Below are positions 1-10,600 of a DNA stretch of 64,000 bases, one piece after another. How positions within the stretch are numbered: the stretch's first letter is position 1; the number at the start of each line of letters is the position of its first letter. The notes beneath the pieces were generated by a model. The model had not been told where the DNA came from. It saw nothing but the letters and a program-made list of their open reading frames with translations, and ran no database searches. Origin of the DNA: Balanoglossus misakiensis. Its lineage: Eukaryota > Animalia > Hemichordata. Made by a program: the position numbers and the translations under genes. The DNA is taken from assembly GCA_040954595.2 (NCBI GenBank), contig CM082579.2, positions 15,042,550-15,106,549 on the forward strand. Direction: 5' to 3'.

Positions 1-36
1 AAATCTCAAAATTTCGTCAATTTTTGAAAAAATCAT

Positions 37-78
37 GGGTGAAAATCATCAAAAAATGACAAATTTTGAAAAAAAAAC
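37..78 (+). repeat. Truncated ~42-bp monomer variant (example; about 20 copies seen, only in 1-7.1 kb and 23.3-34.5 kb)
   Basis: GGGTG at 37 and again at 79. ...ATGACAAATTTTGAAAAAAAAACGGGTG joins the left-arm ATTTT directly to the terminal GAAAA tract. Confidence 0.9.
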
Positions 79-310
79 GGGTGAAAATCATCAAAAAATG
101 ACACATTTTCGTCGACTTTGCAAAATCTCAAAATTTCGTCGATTTTTGAAAAAAATCGTGGGTGAAAATCATCAAAAAATGACAAATTTTCGTCTTTGCA
201 AAATCTCAAAATTTCGTCCATTTTAAAAAAAAAACGGGGGAAAATCATCAAAAAATGACAAATTTTCGACTTTGCAAAATCTCAAAATTTCGTCGATTTT
301 TGAAAAAAAT

Positions 311-388
311 CATGGGTGAAAATCATCAAAAAATGACAAATTTTCGACTTTGCAAAATCTCAAAATTTCGTCGATTTTTGAAAAAAAT
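311..388 (+). repeat. Representative consensus 78-bp monomer
   Basis: Read directly. It has 21/78 G+C, three CpGs, and A/T tracts separated by short GC-containing spacers. Confidence 0.97.
326..381. repeat. Imperfect ~56-bp inverted repeat inside the monomer (example copy), centre 352|353
   Basis: Left arm TCAAAAAATGACAAATTTTCGACTTTG versus reverse complement of right arm TCAAAAATCGACGAAATTTTGAGATTTTG. The core TTTGCAAA is a perfect palindrome. Confidence 0.85.
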
Positions 389-1752
389 CATGGGGGAAAA
401 TCATGAAAAAATTACAAATTTTGAAAAAAAAAACTGGTGAAAATCATCAAAAAATGACACATTTACGACTTTGCAAAATCTCAAAATTTCGTCGATTTTT
501 GAAAAAAATTCATGGGTGAAAATCATCAAAAAATGACAAATTTTCGTCTTTGCAAAATCTCAAAATTTCGTCCATTTTTGAAAAAAAATCATGGGTAAAA
601 ATCATCAAAAATGACAAATTTTTGTCTTTGCAAAATCTCAAGTTTTCGTCGATTTTTGAAAAAAAATCATGGTTGAAAATCATCAAAAAATGACAAAATT
701 TTCGACTTTGTAAAATCACAAAATTTCGTCAATTTTTGAAAAAAATCATGGGGGAAAATCATGAAAAAATGACAAATTTTCCTCTTTGCAAAATCTCAAA
801 ATTTCGTCGATTTTTGAAAAAAAATCATGGGTGAAAATCATCAAAAAATGACAAATTTTCGTCTTTGCAAAATCTCAAAATTTCGTCCATTTTTGAAAAA
901 AAATCATGGGTAAAAATCATCAAAAATGACAAATTTTCGTCTTTGCAAAATCTCAAATTTTCGTCGATTTTTGAAAAAAAATCATGGTTGAAAATCATCA
1001 AAAAATGACAAAATTTTCGACTTCGTAAAATCACAAAATTTCGTCGATTTTGAAACAAATCATAGGTTCGTCGATTTTTTAAAAAAAAACGTGTGAAAAT
1101 CATCAAAAAATGACAAATTTTGAAAAAAAAACAGGTGAAAATCATCAAAAAATGACACATTTTCGTCGACTTTGCAAAATCTCAAAATTTCGTCGATTTT
1201 TGAAAAAAATCATGGGGGAAAATCATGAAAAAATGACAAATTTTCCTCTGCAAAATCTCAAAATTTCGTCGATTTTTAAAAAAAGACATGGGTGAAAATC
1301 ATCAAAAAATAACAAATTTTCGACTTTGCAAAATCTCAAAATTTCGTCCATTTTTGAAAAAAAATCATGGGTAAAAATCATCAAAAAATGACAAATTTTC
1401 GTCTTTGCAAAATCTCACAATTTCGTAGATTTTTGAAAAAAATCATGTGTGAAAATCATCAAAAAATGACAAATTTTCGACTTTGCAAAATCTCAAAATT
1501 TCGTCAATTTTTGAAAAAATCATGGGTGAAAATCATCAAAAAATGACAAATTTTCGTCTTTGCAAAATCTCAAAATTTCGTCCATTTTGAAAAATAATAT
1601 GGGTGAAAATCATCAAAAAATGACAAATTTTTGACTGCAAAATCTCAAAATTTCGTAGATTTCTGAAAAAAATCATGTGTGAAAATCATCAAAAAATGAC
1701 AAATTTTCGACTTTGCAAAATCTCAAAATTTCGTCAATTTTTAAAAAAAAAT

Positions 1753-4700
1753 CATGGGTGAAAATCATCAAAAAATGACAAATTTTCGTCTTTGCAAAAT
1801 CTCAAAATTTCGTCGGTTTTTGAAAAATAATATGGGTGAAAATCATCAAAAAATGACAAATTTTTGACTGCAAAATCTCAAAATTTCGTCGATTTTAGAA
1901 AAAAATTATGGGTGAAAATCATCAAAAAATGACAAATTTTCGACTTTGCAAAATCTCAAAATTTCGTCGGTTTTGAAAAAAATCATGGGTTCGTCGATTT
2001 TTTTAAATAAAAACATGGGTGAAAATCATCAAAAAATGACAAATGTTCGACTTTGCAAAATCTAAAAATTTTGTCGATTTTTGAAAAAAAATCATGGGTG
2101 AAAATCATCAAAAAATGACAAAATTTTCGACTTTGTAAAATCACAAAATTTCGTCGATTTTGAAAAAAATCGTAGGTTCGTCGATTTTTTAAAAAAAAAC
2201 ATGGGTGAAAATCATCAAAAAATGACAAATTTTGAAAAAAAAACGGGTGAAAATCATCAAAAAATGACACATTTTCGTCGACTTTGCAAAATCTCAAAAT
2301 TTCGTCGATTTTTGAAAAAAATCATGGGGGAAAATCATGAAAAAATGACAAATTTTCCTCTTTGCAAAATCTCAAAATTTCGTCGATTTTTAAAAAAAGA
2401 CATGGGTGAAAATCATCAAAAAATAACAAATTTTCGACTTTGCAAAATCTCAAAATTTCGTCCATTTTTGAAAAAAAATCATGGGTAAAAATCATCAAAA
2501 AATGACAAATTTTCGTCTTTGCAAAATCTCACAATTTCGTCGATTTTTGAAAAAAATCATGTGTGAAAATCATCAAAAAATGACAAATTTTCGACTTTGC
2601 AAAATCTCAAAATTTCGTCAATTTTTGAAAAAATCATGGGTGAAAATCATCAAAAATGACAAATTTTCGTCTTTGCAAAATCTCAAATTTTCGTCGATTT
2701 TTGAAAAAAAATCATGGTTGAAAATCATCAAAAAATGACAAAATTTTCGACTTTGTAAAATCACAAAATTTCGTCGATTTTGAAAAAAATCATAGGTTCG
2801 TCGATTTTTAAAAAAAAATCATGGGTAAAAATCATCAAAAATGACAAATTTTCGTCTTTGCAAAATCTCAAATTTTCGTCGATTTTTGAAAAAAAATCAT
2901 GGTTGAAAATCATCAAAAAATGACAAAATTTTCGACTTTGCAAAATCTCAAAATTTCGTCGATTTTTGAAAAAAAATCATGGTAAAAATCATCAAAAAAT
3001 GACAAATTTTCGACTTTGCAAAATCTCAAATTTTAGTCGATTTTTGAAAAAAAATCATAGGTGAAAATCATCAAAAAATGACAAATTTTCGACTTTGCAA
3101 AATCTCAAAATTTCGTCGATTTTTGAAAAAAAATCATGGGTGAAAATCATGAAAAAATGACACATTTTCGACTTTGAAAAATCTAAAAATTTCGTCGATT
3201 TTTGAAAAAAAATCATGGGTAAAAATCATCAAAAATGACAAATTTTCGTCTTTGCAAAATCTTAAAATTTCGTCGATTTTTGAAAAAAATCATGGGTGAA
3301 AATCATCAAAAAATGACAAATTTTCGTCTTTGCAAAATCTCAAAATTTCGTCGGTTTTTGAAAAATAATATGGGTGAAAATCATCAAAAAATGACAAATT
3401 TTTGACTGCAAAATCTCAAAATTTCGTCGATTTTTGAAAAAAATTATGGGTGAAAATCATCAAAAAATGACAAATTTTCGACTTTGCAAAATCTCAAAAT
3501 TTCGTCGGTTTTGAAAAAAATCATGGGTTCGTCGATTTTTTTAAATAAAAACATGGGTGAAAATCATCAAAAAATGACAAATGTTCGACTTTGCAAAATC
3601 TAAAAATTTTGTCGATTTTTGAAAAAAAATCATGGGTGAAAATCATCAAAAAATGACAAAATTTTCGACTTTGTAAAATCACAAAATTTCGTCGATTTTG
3701 AAAAAAATCGTAGGTTCGTCGATTTTTTAAAAAAAAACATGGGTGAAAATCATCAAAAAATGACAAATTTTGAAAAAAAAACGGGTGAAAATCATCAAAA
3801 AATGACACATTTTCGTCGACTTTGCAAAATCTCAAAATTTCGTCGATTTTTGAAAAAAATCATGGGGGAAAATCATGAAAAAATGACAAATTTTCCTCTT
3901 TGCAAAATCTCAAAATTTCGTCGATTTTTAAAAAAAGACATGGGTGAAAATCATCAAAAAATAACAAATTTTCGACTTTGCAAAATCTCAAAATTTCGTC
4001 CATTTTTGAAAAAAAATCATGGGTAAAAATCATCAAAAAATGACAAATTTTCGTCTTTGCAAAATCTCACAATTTCGTCGATTTTTGAAAAAAATCATGT
4101 GTGAAAATCATCAAAAAATGACAAATTTTCGACTTTGCAAAATCTCAAAATTTCGTCAATTTTTGAAAAAATCATGGGTGAAAATCATCAAAAATGACAA
4201 ATTTTCGTCTTTGCAAAATCTCAAATTTTCGTCGATTTTTGAAAAAAAATCATGGTTGAAAATCATCAAAAAATGACAAAATTTTCGACTTTGTAAAATC
4301 ACAAAATTTCGTCGATTTTGAAAAAAATCATAGGTTCGTCGATTTTTAAAAAAAAATCATGGGTAAAAATCATCAAAAATGACAAATTTTCGTCTTTGCA
4401 AAATCTCAAATTTTCGTCGATTTTTGAAAAAAAATCATGGTTGAAAATCATCAAAAAATGACAAAATTTTCGACTTTGCAAAATCTCAAAATTTCGTCGA
4501 TTTTTGAAAAAAAATCATGGTAAAAATCATCAAAAAATGACAAATTTTCGACTTTGCAAAATCTCAAATTTTAGTCGATTTTTGAAAAAAAATCATAGGT
4601 GAAAATCATCAAAAAATGACAAATTTTCGACTTTGCAAAATCTCAAAATTTCGTCGATTTTTGAAAAAAAATCATGGGTGAAAATCATGAAAAAATGACA

Positions 4701-4864
4701 CATTTTCGACTTTGAAAAATCTAAAAATTTCGTCGATTTTTGAAAAAAAATCATGGGTAAAAATCATCAAAAATGACAAATTTTCGTCTTTGCAAAATCT
4801 TAAAATTTCGTCGATTTTTGAAAAAAATCATGGGTGAAAATCATCAAAAAATGACAAATTTTCG
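1753..4864. repeat. Tandem duplication / HOR, period 1538 bp (~19 units), 2 copies
   Basis: Identical ORFs at constant offset 1538 (1983/3521, 2201/3739, 2481/4019, 2761/4299). Rare variant CGTAGG at 2171 and 3709. Confidence 0.92.
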
Positions 4865-7627
4865 ACTTTGCAAAATCTCAAAATTTCGTCAATTTTTGAA
4901 AAAATCATGGGTAAAAATCATCAAAAAATGACAAATTTTCGTCTTTGCTAAATCTCAAAATTTCGTCGGTTTTTGAAAAATAATATGGGTGAAAATCATC
5001 AAAAAATGACAAATTTTCGACTTTGCAAAATCTCAAAATTTCGTCGATTTTTGAATAAAAATCATGGGTGAAAATCATCAAAAAATGACACATTTTCGAC
5101 TTTGCAAAATCTCAAAATTTCGTCGATTTTGAAAAAAATCATAGGTTCGTCGATTTTTTAAAAAAAAACATGGGTGAAAATCATCAAAAAATGACAAATT
5201 TTGAAAAAAAACGGGTGAAAATCATCAAAAAATGACACATTTTCGTCGACTTTGCAAAATCTCAAAATTTCGTCGATTTTTGAAAAAAATCATGGGGGAA
5301 AATCATGAAAAAATGACAAATTTTCCTCTTTGCAAAATCTCAAAATTTCGTCGATTTTTAAAAAAAGACATGGGTGAAAATCATCAAAAAATAACAAATT
5401 TTCGACTTTGCAAAATCTCAAAATTTCGTCCATTTTTGAAAAAAAATCATGGGTAAAAATCATCAAAAAATGACAAATTTTCGTCTTTGCAAAATCTCAC
5501 AATTTCGTCGATTTTTGAAAAAAATCATGTGTGAAAATCATCAAAAAATGACAAATTTTCGTCTTTGCAAAATCTCAAATTTTCGTCGATTTTTGAAAAA
5601 AAATCATGGTTGAAAATCATCAAAAAATGACAAAATTTTCGACTTTGTAAAATCACAAAATTTCGTCGATTTTGAAAAAAATCATAGGTTCGTCGATTTT
5701 TAAAAAAAAATCATGGGTAAAAATCATCAAAAATGACAAATTTTCGTCTTTGCAAAATCTCAAATTTTCGTCGATTTTTGAAAAAAAATCATGGTTGAAA
5801 ATCATCAAAAAATGACAAAATTTTCGACTTTGTAAAATCACAAAATTTCGTCGATTTTGAAAAAAATCATAGGTTCGTCGATTTTTTAAAAAAAAACATG
5901 TGTGAAAATCATCAAAAAATGACAAATTTTGAAAAAAAAACAGGTGAAAATCATCAAAAAATGACACATTTTCGTCGACTTTGCAAAATCTCAAAATTTC
6001 GTCGATTTTTGAAAAAAATCATGGGGGAAAATCATGAAAAAATGACAAATTTTCCTCTGCAAAATCTCAAAATTTCGTCGATTTTTAAAAAAAGACATGG
6101 GTGAAAATCATCAAAAAATAACAAATTTTCGACTTTGCAAAATCTCAAAATTTCGTCCATTTTTGAAAAAAAATCATGGGTAAAAATCATCAAAAAATGA
6201 CAAATTTTCGTCTTTGCAAAATCTCACAATTTCGTAGATTTTTGAAAAAAATCATGTGTGAAAATCATCAAAAAATGACAAATTTTCGACTTTGCAAAAT
6301 CTCAAAATTTCGTCAATTTTTGAAAAAATCATGGGTGAAAATCATCAAAAAATGACAAATTTTCGTCTTTGCAAAATCTCAAAATTTCGTCCATTTTGAA
6401 AAATAATATGGGTGAAAATCATCAAAAAATGACAAATTTTTGACTGCAAAATCTCAAAATTTCGTAGATTTCTGAAAAAAATCATGTGTGAAAATCATCA
6501 AAAAATGACAAATTTTCGACTTTGCAAAATCTCAAAATTTCGTCAATTTTTAAAAAAAAATCATGGGTGAAAATCATCAAAAAATGACAAATTTTCGTCT
6601 TTGCAAAATCTCAAAATTTCGTCGGTTTTTGAAAAATAATATGGGTGAAAATCATCAAAAAATGACAAATTTTTGACTGCAAAATCTCAAAATTTCGTCG
6701 ATTTTTGAAAAAAATTATGGGTGAAAATCATCAAAAAATGACAAATTTTCGACTTTGCAAAATCTCAAAATTTCGTCGGTTTTGAAAAAAATCATGGGTT
6801 CGTCGATTTTTTAAAATAAAAACATGGGTGAAAATCATCAAAAAATGACAAATGTTCGACTTTGCAAAATCTAAAAATTTTGTCGATTTTTGAAAAAAAA
6901 TCATGGGTGAAAATCATCAAAAAATGACAAAATTTTCGACTTTGTAAAATCACAAAATTTCGTCGATTTTGAAAAAAATCATAGGTTCGTCGATTTTTTA
7001 AAAAAAAACATGGGTGAAAATCATCAAAAAATGACAAATTTTGAAAAAAAAACGGGTGAAAATCATCAAAAAATGACACATTTTCGTCGACTTTGCAAAA
7101 TCTCAAAATTTCGTCGATTTTTGAAAAAAATCATGGGGGAAAATCATGAAAAAATGACAAATTTTCCTCTTTGCAAAATCTCAAAATTTCGTCGATTTTT
7201 AAAAAAAGACATGGGTGAAAATCATCAAAAAATAACAAATTTTCGACTTTGCAAAATCTCAAAATTTCGTCCATTTTTGAAAAAAAATCATGGGTAAAAA
7301 TCATCAAAAAATGACAAATTTTCGTCTTTGCAAAATCTCACAATTTCGTCGATTTTTGAAAAAAATCATGTGTGAAAATCATCAAAAAATGACAAATTTT
7401 CGACTTTGCAAAATCTCAAAATTTCGTCAATTTTTGAAAAAATCATGGGTGAAAATCATCAAAAATGACAAATTTTCGTCTTTGCAAAATCTCAAATTTT
7501 CGTCGATTTTTGAAAAAAAATCATGGTTGAAAATCATCAAAAAATGACAAAATTTTCGACTTTGTAAAATCACAAAATTTCGTCGATTTTGAAAAAAATC
7601 ATAGGTTCGTCGATTTTTAAAAAAAAA

Positions 7628-10600
7628 TCATGGGTAAAAATCATCAAAAATGACAAATTTTCGTCTTTGCAAAATCTCAAATTTTCGTCGATTTTTGAAA
7701 AAAATCATGGTTGAAAATCATCAAAAAATGACAAAATTTTCGACTTTGCAAAATCTCAAAATTTCGTCGATTTTTGAAAAAAAATCATGGTAAAAATCAT
7801 CAAAAAATGACAAATTTTCGACTTTGCAAAATCTCAAATTTTAGTCGATTTTTGAAAAAAAATCATAGGTGAAAATCATCAAAAAATGACAAATTTTCGA
7901 CTTTGCAAAATCTCAAAATTTCGTCAATTTTTGAAAAAAATCAGGGGTAAAAATCATCAAAAAATGACAAATTTTCGTCTTTGCTAAATCTCAAAATTTC
8001 GTCGGTTTTTGAAAAATAATATTGGTGAAAGTCATCAAAAAATGACAAATTTTCGTCTTTGCAAAATCTCAAATTTTCGTCGATTTTTGAAAAAAAATCA
8101 TGGTTGAAAATCATCAAAAAATGACAAAATTTTCGACTTTGTAAAATCACAAAATTTCGTCGATTTTGAAAAAAATCATAGGTTCGTCGATTTTTAAAAA
8201 AAAAACATGGGTGAAAATCATCAAAAAATGACAAATTTTCGACTTTGCAAAATCTCAAAATTTCGTCGATTTTTGAAAAAAAATCATGGGTAAAAATCAT
8301 CAAAAAATGACACATTTTCGATTATGCAAAATCTCAAAATTTCGTCGATTTTTGAAAAAAAATCATGGGTGAAAATCATCAAAAAATGACAAATTTTCGT
8401 CTTTGCAAAATCTCAAAATTTCGTCCATTTTTGAATAAAAATCATGGGTAAAAATCATCAAAAATGACAAATTTTCGTCTTTGCAAAATCTCAAATTTTC
8501 GTCGATTTTTGAAAAAAAATCATGGTTGAAAATCATCAAAAAATGACAAAATTTTCGACTTTGTAAAATCAAAAAATTTCGTCGATTTTGAAAAAAATCA
8601 TAGGTTCGTCGATTTTTAAAAAAAAAACATGGGTGAAAATCATCAAAAAATGACAAATTTTCGTCTTTGCTAAATCTCAAAATTTCGTCCATTTTTGAAA
8701 AAAAAATCATGGGTAAAAATCATCAAAAAATGACAAATTTTCGTTTTTGCAAAATCTCAAAATTTCGTCCATTTTAAAAAAAAAACATGGGGGAAAATCA
8801 TCAAAAAATGACAAATTTTCGACTTTGCAAAATCTCAAAATTTCGTCCATTTTTGAATAAAAATCATGGGTAAAAATCATCAAAAATGACAAATTTTCGT
8901 CTTTGCAAAATCTCAAATTTTCGTCGATTTTTGAAAAAAAATCATGGTTGAAAATCATCAAAAAATTACAAATTTTCGACTTTGCAAAATCTCAAAATTT
9001 CGTCGATTTTTGTAAAAAATCATGGGTGAAAATCATCAAAAAATGACAAATTTTCGACTTTGCAAAATCTCAAAATTTAGTCGATTTTTGAAAAAAAATC
9101 ATAGGTGAAAATCATCAAAAAATGACAAATTTTCGACTTTGCAAAATTTCAAAATTTCGTCAATTTTTGAAAAAATCATGGGTGAAAATCATCAAAAAAT
9201 GACAAATTTTCGTCTATGCAAAATCTCAAAATTTCGTCGGTTTTTGAAAAATAATATGGTTGAAAATCATCAAAAAAATGACAAAATTATCGACTTTGCA
9301 AAATCTCACAATTTCGTCGATTTTTGAAAAAAATCATGGGTGAAAATCATCAAAAAATTACAAATTTTCGACTTTGCAAAATCTCAAAATTTCGTCGATT
9401 TTTGTAAAAAATCATGGGTGAAAATCATCAAAAAATGACAAATTTTCGACTTTGCAAAATCTCAAAATTTAGTCGATTTTTGAAAAAAAATCATAGGTGA
9501 AAATCATCAAAAAATGACAAATTTTCGACTTTGCAAAATTTCAAAATTTCGTCAATTTTTGAAAAAATCATGGGTGAAAATCATCAAAAAATGACAAATT
9601 TTCGTCTATGCAAAATCTCAAAATTTCGTCGGTTTTTGAAAAATAATATGGTTGAAAATCATCAAAAAATGACAAAATTATCGACTTTGCAAAATCTCAC
9701 AATTTCGTCGATTTTTGAAAAAAATCATGGGTGAAAATCATCAAAAAATTACAAATTTTCGACTTTGCAAAATCTCAACATTTCGTCGATTTTGAAAAAA
9801 ACCATTGGGGGAAAATCATCAAAAAATGACAAATTTTCGAGTTTGCAAAATCTCAAAATTTCGTCGATTTTGAAAAAAAACCATTGGGGGAAAATCATCA
9901 AAAAATTACAAATTTTCGACTTTGCAAAATCTCAACATTTCGTCGATTTTTGAAAAAAATCATGGGTGAAAATCATCAAAAAATGACAAATTTTCGAAAT
10001 TGCAAAATCTCAAAATTTCGTCGATTTTGAAAAAAATCATAGGTTCGTCGATTTTAAAAAAAAACATGGGTGAAAATCATCAAAAAATGACAAATTTTCG
10101 ACTTTGCAAAATCTCAAAATTTCGTCGATTTTTGAAAAAAAATCATGGGTGAAAATCATCAAAAAATGACAAATTTTCGTCTTTGCAAAATCTCAAAATT
10201 TCGTCCATTTTTGAATAAAAATCATGGGTAAAAATCATCAAAAATGACAAATTTTCGTCTTTGCAAAATCTCAAATTTTCGTCGATTTTTGAAAAAAAAT
10301 CATGGTTGAAAATCATCAAAAAATGACAAAATTTTCGACTTTGTAAAATCAAAAAATTTCGTCGATTTTGAAAAAAATCATAGGTTCGTCGATTTTTAAA
10401 AAAAAAACATGGGTGAAAATCATCAAAAAATGACAAATTTTCGTCTTTGCTAAATCTCAAAATTTCGTCCATTTTTGAAAAAAAAATCATGGGTAAAAAT
10501 CATCAAAAAATGACAAATTTTCGTTTTTGCAAAATCTCAAAATTTCGTCCATTTTAAAAAAAAAACATGGGGGAAAATCATCAAAAAATGACAAATTTTC

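Larger units (their letters stand above)
1..8360. repeat. Satellite variant domain A (first occurrence)
   Basis: Markers: the 42-bp unit followed by ACATTTTCGTCGACTTTG, TTTTCCTCT, AAAGACATGGG, AAAAATAAC, TTTTTGACTGC, AAATGTTCG...TCTAAAAATTTTGTCG. Confidence 0.75.

Noticed and set aside
61-83. CENP-B box-like motif (TTCG and CGGG are both present)
   Set aside because: In the copies inspected, the required TTCGnnnnAnnCGGG spacing is not met. CGGG is preceded by a pure A-tract and TTTTG.
326-381. Rho-independent terminator or promoter call for the hairpin and T-tract
   Set aside because: The stem is AT-rich and imperfect, there is no gene context, and it occurs in every monomer.
8521-8627. Assignment to a known satellite family from its 79-bp and 107-bp unit sizes
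   Set aside because: Similar unit sizes are reported for unrelated satellites, but I do not recognise this sequence. A database search is needed, so no family or species is claimed.
9800-9895. G-quadruplex potential from GGG/GGGGG runs
   Set aside because: There is only one G-run per ~78 bp, so loops are far too long for a canonical intramolecular G4.
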